Assembly (NCBI RefSeq): GCF_036588685.1
Contig: NW_026963295.1
Location: 3,844,001 to 3,908,000, forward strand
DNA: 64,000 nt
Origin: Mytilus trossulus
Taxonomy: Eukaryota
Direction of reading: 5' to 3'
The position numbers were made by a program, and so were the translations under genes. The notes beneath the pieces are model-generated. The model did no database searches and had not been told where the DNA came from. It saw only the letters and a list, made by a program, of their open reading frames with translations. Position 1 is the first letter of the stretch; each line of letters starts with the position of its first letter. Positions 1 to 13,700 of this stretch are shown here, piece after piece.

Positions 1-203
1 TAATCAATCAGACTAACAGTTTGATGTTTAACAAACGTTTTGTGGAAGTTTGAAAAAGGTCAATTGATATACCTATAGAATTTAACTATGATTCTCTTCT
101 TGACAACTGGCTTCCATTTTTAGTATTTATGATTCTAAACAGAGATTGACAATACAATTCCCTTTGCTCATTATATGCTTTAATAGGTCGACCCAAAGTT
201 ATT

Positions 204-908
204 TATAGTCCGTTTGACTTCTATAAATCTTCGGAAAATCATTCTTAAAAACTCATTTTTAAAGATAAATATATTTTTTCTTCTTGTGTGATAATGTATG
301 ATATATACGAACTCTGACTATGAATATCATAATTTTGAAGCAATAATAAAAAAAGTTACGCATTAGGTCTCTATGTTATTTCTATTTTTTTAATATAAAA
401 TACTCAATGGAGTATGTATGAATATTGTAACAGCCTTCCATTCAAAACAAAAACATTAGACATGTGCTTTAAACCTGTTTTGTTGTAACATGTGACTTTA
501 CTCATTTAAATAACTCTGGTCATGTGATTACTGAGTTTTCTGTTTGTATGCTTTTGTATGATTTCTCATTGCAGAGCTCAGTAATCACATGACCAGAGTT
601 ATTTAAATGAGTTAAGTCACGTGTTACAATAAAACAAGTTAAAAGCACATGTCTGATGTTTTGTTTTGAATAGAAGGCTGTTACACTAATAAAACTTACT
701 CCATTGAGTATTTTGTATTAAAACAAATTGAAGTAACATAGAGAGCCAATGAGTAACTTTTTTGATTATTGGTTCAAAATTATGATATTCATAGTCAGAG
801 TTCGTATATATAAAACATTAACACACATGAAGAAAAAAAATATCTATTAGTAAAAATGAATTTTTAAGAATCAATTTCTGAAGATTTATAGAAATCAAAC
901 GGACTATA
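204..908. repeat. Foldback element: ~340-bp inverted arms with ~30-nt spacer
   Basis: tatagtccgtttga... / ...tcaaacggactata; arms align throughout. Confidence 0.9.
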
Positions 909-1608
909 GTAAATATTTGATTGGTTTGACAGACATGTAAATACGATTATGTCAGCTTTAAATATTTGCTTATATATCGAGCTCGAAAATTGACACAAAA
1001 AAGTTGTTTGATTAGGTTCGCCACTCTTTTTCAAAATAACAAGCCTTTTAAAAGACTTCTAAAATGAATGTTTGTAAGAAAAGGAAATAAAAAAGCAGAA
1101 TAAAATGAAGGATCCGTGTGCTTGTTTTCAAGATTTAAGCCATTGAAAATTTAGCGGTAAATAATTATAATAGATTTTTCATACTATTAACATTGTACAC
1201 TTGTCTATTTCAAAATCTAGGAAAAAAATAAGGATTTTATAAGATTTTCAAATATGACTTTAGAAACTATATTTTATAAAACTATGAAAAGAAAAGAAGG
1301 GTTAGTAGATTTTTTTTAAATGGCAAAACATGGATAAAACCGGGGGATTTCGAAAATCTGGCATAAATTAAAAAATAAGAGGAACAAAAATCCTTACGAC
1401 ATAAGCCTTTCGAAATGTCTTATTGCAAACTTTCGGTAGCATCATTCAGGATAAAATATCTAATTTTTATTAATTATTCTGTTTAGTTCATTCAGTAATG
1501 GATATTATGTTTAAGCTGAATATATAGTATAGACAGTTGTAAAACACTCAAAAAGTACGGGGATGCTTATTACGTATCGTCATTTGTTTAACAATATTTA
1601 TGTTTTAG

Positions 1609-1717
1609 CTCACGTTTTCTTTGATGACGCTTTTATTGAGGAGGGCGATACCGAAGAGAATCCTAACATAAATCAATATGTGGAAACATTCATCAAAATG
1701 GTCAAAAAAGCTGCAGA
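1609..1717 (+). CDS. CHS: Chitin synthase exon (AHVFFDDAF...KKAAE)
   Basis: tgttttag acceptor, GA|gtatgt donor; HxFFDDAF motif of metazoan chitin synthases. Confidence 0.9.
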
Positions 1718-4700
1718 GTATGTATACAAACTCAAACGTATTCATCCTTCATTCGCGAAATAGTTTATTGGTTTACTTCTATGTTACAGGTTTCTATATG
1801 CCATATTTTTCCATTTGGTTTGATTAAGATATAATTTGAACAAATTAGTCAAGCTATAGTTATGATAAATTAGGTTTATAATATCTGCAGTTAAGAGAAT
1901 AAAACAAAATATATGATATCATTTTAATTTATATATTATTATGAGTTATTTAGGAAAAAACATCATATCTATAAACGATAGGCATGGTATCAATACTATA
2001 TAGATCTAGTAATAATCAGATAGCGTAACATATCAATATTTCTTTTATGACGTTCTTCTGTCGCTTTGGAAACAAAGCCATGTTCGAAATCCAATAAAAC
2101 ATGAGCTGCACGTGATTGACGTCACCATTGAAATTACAACCTCAACTGAGTTTTATATAACTTCGGAAATCAAAATGGAATTTATATTAGTGTTGCTCTC
2201 TTGGAAACACAAATACAATACCATCTTAAAGTACAATGAAGTAAGTTGACATGTATCTGTCCATTTGATTGTTGTGAACGGTTAGTTTTCTAAAAAAATT
2301 ATTCATCATATCAAAATTGATGCCTTTGGAACGCTTATTATAAATCCGCTATATGTAGAAGTAAAAAGTTTTAAATGTTTCTATTGGAATCGAAATAGTT
2401 CTATCATGCCATGCTCTATGCTAATTTAAAAAAAGAGTAGGCATTGTATTTGTCAAAATTTTACGCATTACTAACTCTCGGTATAAAGATATAGACAAAT
2501 ACAAAGTCTACCTACGTCAAAACAAGCAAAGACCATTTGTTCTCAAAAGTAAAATATCATATATGCAGAGATCCATGGAAATCCAAAACGAAAAGTAACT
2601 TAACAAATAGTAAAAAAAAAGCTAAAACACATCCAATGAATGGAATACAACTGTAACATTTCTGACTTTGTACAGGTAGAAAACATGTAGAAAACATGTA
2701 GAAAACGGAGGATTACGTTTTGTTTTATAGCCTAGCTAAACCTCTCACTTGCATGATAGTCGCATACTATTTCGATATATTTAATCAGATTTCAGAATCT
2801 GAGTGTTATATATATTCCAGAGAATTAACTGGGAAGAACTACACAGAAGAGTATGTTAAAAAACTGACGCCTTATGGGTCTAGATTAGAGTGGAATCTCC
2901 CATGTAATAACACATTACATGTCCATCTGAAGGATACAAATAAAATTAGATACAAAAAGCGATGGAGTCAGGTAGTTTTAGGTTTTGATAATGAAAACAT
3001 AATCAATATAAAAGATAAAAAAAATAATATTTTTTTTTCTCAAAAATGTCGAAAGGAAAAATGTTTGAATAACTGAGTTAAAGGAAAGTCTGGTCTTAAA
3101 TACTAACCATGACGATAAAGGATATGAATGTGATTATAAAATGAAAGTGATGGCCTGCAATACTGAACAACATGAACAATCTTTTTTCGTTAAAGATTTG
3201 TTTAAAACATTCCAAAATAATGTCTTGTTATTACAGGTTATGTACATGAGTTACATTTTGAAGTACCAATACAAACAACCGCATACAAAGTTTTCAGCCG
3301 AAAACTTATATATATTGGCTCTTGATGGAGATGTAAAATTTGAACCAGAGGCTGTCTTGAGTTTAATGCGGCGTCTGAAAAAATCTAAGAAAATTGGAGC
3401 AGCATGTGGTAGAATACATCCGATGGGAACAGGTATAAAATTCAAATAGCATTTTTTTTACGACAGCAAATTTCCCCCGGTGTTATAATGTCGGTGTTGT
3501 CATCGTACAAAGATATAAGGTTTTCAAATATTAACTTGAGTATCAGTATTGGATCTCTATGAAGTTGTACACCAAGGTGTTATACCTGGAAAAGAAGGTT
3601 TAGATTGATTTTGGGGATAATTGATCTTACTGTTGAAAGTAACGGGACATACTTGGGGCATAAAACAAGCGCTTTATTTTGTTTTAGGGGAAAACGTTGT
3701 GAATAAGTGTAAGGGTTTCCATACATTTACATTATGTTTTTTTTGGCCCTGACAACAAGGAGATCTGCTTTAGAAGTGTTATAATAATGTATTGTACCAA
3801 AGTAATCAGGCTTATAAATAATCACCCCGGAATCATCCGCTGCGCTCGAATCAAAAACAATTAAAAGGCCTGAGCAAGTTCGAATACAAAGAACGATAAG
3901 ATTAAAAATAACAAGTATATTCATGCATGTTCAGGACAAAATCAAATTAACACCAATAACAATAGGTAGGTCATGTAATGGATGCCGTCTGGAATAAAGG
4001 TCCGACAATTTTTGACATTCACTGCAAAATTAGGGTATATTGAATATGGACAACAGGCCTCCAACAGACCCCTCAAAGAGTTTTTGCAAGGGTTTGTAAA
4101 GTAAAGAGAGCGTCTAACTCTCTCTACACGAGTTTCGGATATACGTTAAAATTCAGACTGTACGTTGCTTCGCACTTGACTCATCCCGCACATCCAACCG
4201 GGCACCTCATTTTGTCAAGGGTTCTACTGAAGGTGGGAAGAAGACCTATAGTAACCATATATCGATTCCCAAGTCACCCTTGGGGGTAGATTGTTGATAA
4301 ATTTACAACACCTATTTACCTGTATGCGAAATTAAATGAAGATCTAACGTCTGACGGAACTCCGACTCATACGAAAACAAGAAAAGGTCGGTCTAGAGAT
4401 GAACATAGTCGGTCCGCATAACATTCCGACAACCCGCTGATAAATTCTTGTTCTTCGCTATATTAAATATGTTTTTCTAGGATCATTTTTTATAAAATAT
4501 TTTGGATTATATAACCAAAATATATTTTTTTAAGCTTATGGCACAATTTTTATGGAGAAAGGCATTGCAGATTATTTCTTTTAGACAGCTTTTTCATTAG
4601 TCTCATGCATGGTATATCATCAAGGAATAGCAGTATCAGAAAAAAGTATATTATACTCATTTATTCAGAGAGAGAGAAAAAAGAAAATAATGAATAATTG

Positions 4701-7700
4701 TCACAATGTGTAATGACTGTTTGAATCGAATTACAAAATGTAATGCTTAACTTAAAAATATTTTATAGGTCCAATGGTGTGGTATCAACAGTTTGAGTAT
4801 GCAATTGGTCATTGGTTACAAAAGGTTACTGAACATGTCACAGGTTGTGTACTTTGCACTCCCGGTTGTTTCAGTCTTTTCCGCGGAGCGTCAATTTTGA
4901 AGGTCTTAGATACTTATAGTGGAGTAGCAACAAAACCAAGACACTATTTACAATATGAACAAGGTACTTTTAATTTGAATTTAATTAGCCAATATTGATT
5001 TCATGTTTATGTTGTGGTATGTTTTCTTGATAATTAATTTTTATTTATCATTTTGTATCAGTGGTAAACTTCAAGGCTGTCCAAATTCAAAACAGAAAGT
5101 CCCTTAACACATGTCAAAATCAAAAGCTCAATCAGATCAAAGGAATGGAATATTCCTGCCTAGAAACATGCATTTCCTTACACATAGTGCATGTCAAGAT
5201 TCTATCAGTCGGTGCTTTAAGGGCAAACGATACAGTTTTGCTGACAATTTACATATAGGCTATTTTTTGCCTGATTAAATCAAATATGGTATAAAAAATA
5301 TACCATTATGTGCTACTTTTTGAGTAAAATGAGGTTAAATTTTATATATTTGCTCAAATTTCGAATATATGGACGTATCGTTCCTTTCGACGGATTTTTT
5401 ATTTTTTATTTGAGATGAACACAATCTGTTTTTTTGTAAGATTATTTGAAAATTCTGTTTTATATTCATGTCCTTTAAACTTGTGCATTTTTTTTCTTTT
5501 TCTAAAACTCAAATTTATCAAATATTCTTGAATGTAAAATAACAAAGAGTTTTGCTGTATATTTATCAAATAAAATAAAATTGCACTATTCACGTTTTCA
5601 TGAAAATTGAAACACATAATCTCCTTTCGTAATCAAATCAAATGGAATTAAAAAAAAAAAGAGGGGTCCATGGACCCGTTATCACGTTTAATAAGTTTGA
5701 ATGATAAAAAACAATTGAGAACTGATTATTTTTCGGATAGGTCATAGTTTGACGTCGCATAAAGAAACAAATTACGTTATCAATTAATGCTTTACTTCCC
5801 CCGTAACTGTATTGTATGCCCTTAATGTGCGATATATATTAAATCTTACTTTTGTCAACATTTAACTCTTTCTTTGGGCACTTTGTCTTTGAAAAAAAAA
5901 GATTTGCAATTTGTTTTTGCTAGGTGAAGACAGATGGTTGTGTACTCTACTTCTTAAAAAAGGAATGAAAATCGAATATACTGCAGAATCAGACGCTTAC
6001 ACATTTGTTCCTGAAGGATTTTATAAATTTTACAATCAACGCCGCCGATGGACACCTTCAACTATAGCAAATATTGTAGATCTGCTTATATCTTGGCGGG
6101 AAATAACAAAGGAAAATAACAACATATCTGTCCTTTACATCTGTTACCATTTGTGTTTGTTTGTTTCAACTTTATTAACACCAGGAACTATATTCATGTT
6201 GATAGTTGGAGCTATCATTGTCAGCTTTCAATGGATTCACACCTTAATTATACTGATTTTGAATATAATACCAGTGTCAGTGTTTATGCTAATGTGCGTG
6301 TATGCATCGACACAGAAACAGGTTTGTTTTATTTTTGGTTTTTCATTTACTTAGCTTTGAAAAAAGGAACGAAAGGTATTAGCGCGACAGTTTAACTCAT
6401 AAATCCTAAATAAAATGACAACGCCATGGTTGAAAAAGAAAAAGACAAACAATAGTACACATAAAACAACATAAAAAACTGAAGAATACGCAACACGAAC
6501 CCCACCAACAACTAGGGGTTATCTCAGGTGACTCGGAAGCGTAAGCAGATCCCGCTCGACATGTGGCACTCGTGTTGCTTATGTGATAAAAAAAATCGGT
6601 TAATAGTCTAATCGGTAGGTCATATTCATTAAAGGGAAGGGGATTCTAGTTACGACGTAAGAAACATATCCGATATCATTTGTGAAACGGTTATTCCATA
6701 ACGGTCAACCAACTTGTGATGGCGTCCGTAAAATTTACGAAGGGATGATTTCAATTTTATCATTTGGAAATCTTGGTTAACGCGTCTGGCGTATAAAATT
6801 ATAATCCTGGTACTTTTGATAACTATTTACACCACTGGGTCGATGCCACTGCTGGTGGACGTTTCGTCCCCGAGGGTATCACCAGCCCAGTAGTCAGCAC
6901 TTCGGTGTTGACATGAATATCAATTATATGGTCATTTTTTATAAATTTTCTGTTTACAAAACTTTGAATTTTTCGAAAAACTAAGGATTTTCTTACCCCA
7001 GGAGTAGATTAACTTAACCGTATTTGGCACAACTTTTTGTAATTTTGGATCCTCAATGCTCTTCAACTTTGTATTTATTTGGCTTTTTAACTATTTCGAT
7101 CTGAGCGTCACTGATGAGTCTTATGTAGACGAAACGCGCGTCTGGCGTATAAAATTATAATCCTGGTACTTTTGATAACTATTTAATATATTTAAATAGT
7201 GGAGGGTATGTGATTTCCTGTTCGATGGTCCGACGTTACCCTCTTAATCCCTCCTTCCATTTTGTCAAATGAACCAAGCCCGAATTTACATTGGCGCCTT
7301 AAATGCTGACAGTTTTCAAAATGAAAAAAAAACAACCGAATTGCATAATGAATTTATATACACCCTCATACGATGGATATTCAATCTCAAAAATCCAAAA
7401 AGAAGAGCAATTTACAATTACTTTACGAAAAAAGTTTTTGTTATTCAACAAACTCCAAGTTTGCAATAATTTACGTTATTTTTTAATCTCCGAAGGACAT
7501 CGGTGGTCGAGTTGATTTAATTAGTCCAACTACTGTGTTAAATAGCCTGTCAACAATGATGTTGCGAGATCGAATCCCGCATATGGAGCATGTGAACTCG
7601 ACTCCAATTTTAATTTTCTATTTTCCTACCGAAGTCGGTGGTTCAGTCTGAGCACTCCAGCTTCCTCCACCAATAAAAAATTAAACTTACCGCAATGAAA

Positions 7701-10700
7701 TAGCAAAATAGTTGAAAGTGTGTTAAACATCAATCAATTAATCAATCATTGTAAGATTATACCAGTAACAAAATTCCACAAGACTAAAATAAAAATAAAA
7801 ACATTACGTTTTTTTAGTATATCCTTTCCAATATCTGATAGTAATGGTCACAATAAGCAGCTACTTCTTTGATAGTTAAAAAATATATTAATTGAATGTA
7901 AAATTTATATGTGTATATGTGTAAATGCTTCCGTTTAGTCGATGTTTTATAAATTTGATATTTATAAAAGCTGGTGTTATTTAGTTAGGGAAAAATAATA
8001 CATTTGTGAATTGTAATTTTGGGTGTACTATAAGTATTACTGACGAAATGGGAATACTTACATGCATTCGTGTTGTACAGTCCATGTAAGCGAAAATTTG
8101 TAATTGCTCTTTAATAGATTAACACAATATCCGGGGTAGCCTTTCATGACACGAAATCAGTACATGTACAGCAAAAAAAGAAAAAAGAAAAAAAAAGCAC
8201 TCCAGAATATTTAAAGTAAAGTATAATAAAAAATCTGAATACTCTTTTGTGGAAATTTTTGGGAATAAAAAAAAAATCATCTGGATTTGAAATTCGTATC
8301 TGTCATATTTTTCAATGTAACTAATATCAGCATCAATGGATGACGGTAAGAACAATCAAAAGTTATGAAAAAGATGTGAAGGATAAAAGAAGGGACATTC
8401 AAACTCACAAATGAAAAAAAAAATGACTTAATGACTTTTAAAGGTCATCAGTCGAAAAAATAACAATGCATAGGGTACACATGGTAAATGAAAGAGAAAA
8501 ACAAGTTTGGAAAAGTCAACAATACACATATAGAAAACTGAAAACATCATGGTGATCCCGATATGAAAATAGAATGATCACAAAAATGACCAGCGAACAA
8601 TTTGAAACGAATTTGATTTATCCTTGTGCTTTGTTCCAAGACTACGTTTATTGTCAGTTAATTATTGAAAGGACACAAAATCTTATAAAAAAAGTAACAA
8701 GTTCTGATGAATATTTTGTTTTAGCTACAATTTGCAGCCATCTTATCCTGTATATATGGAATCATTATGCTGATAGGCTTGATTGGTGTTGTTAGAGATG
8801 CTGTCGACATTGGATTTTGCTCAATTGCAACCATTTTTATCTTATTTCAAGCCGGTGTTTTCATTATTTCAGCTATTCTTCACCCGAAGGTATATATATA
8901 TATTTCATCTGTTAATATCATTGTAAACACATAAATCCGAACTCTGATCTCTAAACGACATTCATTCTCGAAATTTAACGTGTATTTCTACCTGCATTCA
9001 AAGTTTTAAATCTAAATACTCGACTTTGAATTGCTAAAAAAAAAAATTGAAAAAAAAAATTAATTAAAAGGATTGACGGTTTGCCGTTCTTTTGACTTAT
9101 TGTTCAAGGTAAAAACCCAATAACTTGAGCTAATTCAGAAAGACCATACATGAACGTAGTACTTTAAACAAAATGGTTACTTCGTTGCTGTAACATGTGT
9201 GACTGGGTCAAAAGTAAAATTGTTAGGTAATTATGTTCTCGATTGAGATCTTAAAAACTTGCAATCCTTGTAGACTTCTCAAAGGTTTTTTTCAAACATA
9301 TTTAATTGATATTTAATTTGAATTGTGGAGCATAGTTTTCCCGTTGCAAGGATCATAAGTACCTGTTTGTGTATACTTTTAAACTTCTGGGAACCCGTGC
9401 GCTCTTAGATTCAATTTAAGCTATAATAATACGGAAATCCTTTATGTTTTGATTTTATGTTAATAGGGCACATAGTGAAGAAATGATATATACTTACATA
9501 TATAATATACTTTTATCCAAATGATATACCTCGAATCAGACAGGACGCTTATTTTCAAATTAACCAGCTAATACGAGTCTTCACGTTGAAACCACTGCTC
9601 ATACTTATTGATGATATGCTTGTAGGAATGTCTCTGTATAATTCCGGGGCTTATTTACTTCTTTGCAATACCGTCAATGTCCATGCTTATGTTCTTGTAT
9701 GCGATTGGTAATTTACATGATGTTTCTTGGGGAACAAGAGATACAAAGTCAGAGGCAACGTCCTTCATTGGTAAAAGTCAAGAAGAAATGGAACAGGAAA
9801 ACGGACATTTTTGTAGTTTTGGAAAATTTTGCACGTAAGTCAATAAAAGAGGGGCAAAAGATATCAGAGGGACATTCAAACACACAAACGAAATCAAACT
9901 GAGAACGCCATGGCTAAAAAACAACATGAAAAACAGTCCAATAATAGTACACAAGACACAACATAGAAAACTAAAGACTGAGCAACACGAACCCGGTTAA
10001 AAAATATTGCTGATATTAGGTGCTCCGGCAGGGTAAGCATATACTGCATTAAATAACTTGTAAACCTTCTGTCAGAAACTTGATTCTTTGACCTTTACTT
10101 CAATTTTAATTTTATTGTGACTTTCACTTTTGATCAGGTTGTTGCAAAATTTTCCTTTTATACCCAGATACCTTATATCTCAGATACTTTTTGAAATATG
10201 TTTTTAATATTTGGTGTATGGAATGATTTTATAGTGCAAATATTCAACCTCAGTATCATGGTTTACCCGTTGAAATTAAGTTTTTGTCTTTTGGTCCGTA
10301 TTCAAATCCGGAATGCAAAAGATCAACTGTATTTGGCCTAAGGAAATATTTTAAAATGGATATTTCAGTCTGGCAGTCATTATTTGACCTCGACTTCATT
10401 GTTCTGTTGATGTACAATGTAAACTCTTTGTGGTTTTGGTCTGTTTTTCGTAATCTAGAAGCAACGATCAACTACATATGGTGTATAAAATGATTGAAAG
10501 AATTGTATGTTTGTCTGGTAGGTATCATTTTACCTTGGCCTGATTTTAAAGGTTCACTGATCATTGTTATGTTTAAACATGGATTCATCTTACGTAGACA
10601 TCATATTCAAGTTGTTATGGTAAATAAAACAATTTTAAGAAGGTATGGTTTGTTTCTTATACTACAAGCAACAATCAAACCAACTAAATTCGGTGTACGG

Positions 10701-13700
10701 AATGATTGTAAGGTGTACCAGTAGTTTTGGCTTGGTTTATCTGAACTTGACTTTATTTTCTTGGATGATATGGAATTAATGTGTACATGTAGTTCAACTT
10801 TATATTTAGGAAGGTCAACATAAAATCAATGGTTACTAAAGAAGAAAAGGCATTTGATCGTGTGCACTATAATTCTTTTAATCTGTAATGTACAAATTGT
10901 TTAAAATTTCAGCTCGTACTTGTACTTGCTGTACATTTTATTACCGGCCTTGTCATAATAGGATATACTTGTAGACAATTATAATTGTCTATTGTTTAAT
11001 AAAAATGTACAGAAAACCACATACCAGTTGAGATTTAATCCTATGTCAGTACTAGATTTATAAGTGTTTATTTTTGTGAGAAGTACCCAAAAAACATCTT
11101 CCTTTAAACTGTTACTTTAAAGAGAACTCGGTGGACTAGTGCTCTAAGTAGCTCGTTGACTGTATCGCTAGCCTGTCAACACTAAGGTTGTGAGTTCGAA
11201 CCCTAAACGTTGCAGGAACACTAGATTCGAAACTTTATTGACTAAGAATGTCAGTTGTCCTGAGGAACATTGTCGAAGGTCGTTTATTCTAATCGTGCAC
11301 TGCTTTGTCCAATAAGAATGACTGACCGCCACGAAATAGAAAATAGCGCAGAAAGTTGCATAAAACTCCAATTTATTAATCCATCAGCTTATCAAACTTT
11401 ACCACAAAAAAAAAAAACACGAAGAAAAAAAATATTTCAGAAAAATAGATTTGATTGTCAAAAAATCAAGAGAATACCGAAGGTGACTATAGATATTTCT
11501 CGAAATACAGCTACCATTGTACAAATAAAGCTATCCGATTGAACAAAAAAGCATTGAAACATATTTTTCGCAATAATATTAAACGTCACAAAGTCTTGGC
11601 AATGTGAAAAATGTTAATTATATTTGTGTGTGGTAAGACGCCATCATTGTTTCATAACGTTATGTACATAGAAATCATACTGAATTATTGTTAATGAGTA
11701 ATATTTATTTTTGGCTGCTCATTGATAAATGTATAGGTCTATTGGAATATGTTGTTTGTGTTGTATGTAGACCCCTTCACTAAGACATTAGTTTTTGTAT
11801 GCACACGTATAACAATGTGGTTTTTATATAACGTAGTCACAGGTTTGAACGATGTTTTCACTTTAGACTGGTTAAGATATGTATAATTATATATATGATC
11901 ATTTGATTACAGTTGTATGCTCTGTCCAACAAATACTTACACAAAGAGTGATTATATATTGAGTATTCTTAATAAATGGAAGTATCCGAAAGATGATCTG
12001 CATGGTAACCAAGGAAATACAGAGACAGGTATGTTAATATATAAAAAAAAACCAAAGGTTTCATTGTTCAACAACCCCAAAATTATTTTAGTTCACAGTC
12101 ATATTGTCTTTTGTACAACAACAATGACGGATCCAGAAGTTTTCATAAATGGGGGCACACTAATTGCCTAAGAGGGACTCACTCCATTCTTGTTTTAATG
12201 TTTCCTATATAATCAATCAACAAAAAGGTTGAGCCGGGCACCCTTGGCAACCTCTTACCACCTTTAAACAGATGTGCTACTAACGAATCATTTTAGAAAA
12301 CGCCTGAAATTATACTTTTGCAACTTGAGATAGATGCAATTTCTCTAACATGTTAAATGATACAAGGTTTATAAAGAAGAAGATGTGGTATGATTGCCAA
12401 TGAGACAACTATCCACAACAGACCAAAATGACAAAAATATTAACAACTATAGGTCACCGTACGATCTCCAACAATGAGCAAAACCCATACCGCATAGTCA
12501 GCTATAAAAGGCCCCGAAAATACAATGTAAAACAATTAAAACGAGAAAACTAACGGCCTTATTTATGTAAAAAAATGAACGAAAATCAAATATGTAACAC
12601 ATAAACAAACGACAACCACTGAATTACAGGCTCCTGACTAGGGACAGGCAAATACATAAATAATGTGGCGGGGTTTAACATGTTAGCGGGATTCCAACCC
12701 TCCCCAAACCTGGGACAGTGGTTTAACAGCACAACATAGGAACGAACTAAAAAAATCAGTTGAAAAAGGCTTAACTCATCAGGTAGACAAATACTTGTTG
12801 ATACAATCGATGAATATGATACATTTATATGATACATAATTCAATTGGTAATGTTAAAACAAAGAAAATAATGCTTTGAGATCACAGAAAGCAAAAGTCC
12901 GATTTTCATGAAGAACTGCAACATCCATATAAAATTACATAATTTGATCATCAAACTGAATATTAGAAAAGATAGGACATGAGTGCCAATAAAACAACTT
13001 TCCACTAGATCCCCACAAATTACATAGAAAATCAACTATATGATACCACTAGGCCTACATCTGTGAGCAAAACCGACACCGCACAGTCAACTATAAAAGC
13101 CCTGAAATGACAAATGTAAAATGATTTAAACGAGAAAACATACGGTCTGATTTCTGTACAAAATAATGAACGAAAACAAATGATATACAGCATCCAAAGA
13201 CAACCACTGAATTACAGGCTCCTGGCTTGGGACAGGCACTTACAGAATGTGGCGGGCTTAAACATGTTTGGTGGGCGCCCATCCCATCCCTACCCTAACC
13301 TAGGAAAGTTGTGCAATAAATTTAATGTGATGACTCAAAAGCAGTGAGAGAAAAATTACTTTGTGCAATGCCACGATACAGGTATCGACAGATTATAGAG
13401 TAATGAATATTATTATGTATATAAAAATAATAGTTGTTTGATTTTGATTTACTGATAAATCAATACAATACCAATGAAACCAGTATTAACAGAACTGAAT
13501 ATTTATTTGGTAACATTTTAGAAAAGATAAAAATAGATTATCGGTGATCATCTCAACAAGATTGATTTTCTCGCTTGAGGCGGGACGGCGAAATCGAGAA
13601 AGGCAATCGAGTTGAGGTGAATAATTTTACCTATGACGACGTCGTCAATTTCATTTCAACTTCGTTAGCAACGCCACGTGCAGGCTTAGTTTCTAGCGAT

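Noticed and set aside
7495-7600. tRNA gene
   Set aside because: Has A/B-box-like motifs but no cloverleaf, and continues into a SINE body and tail.
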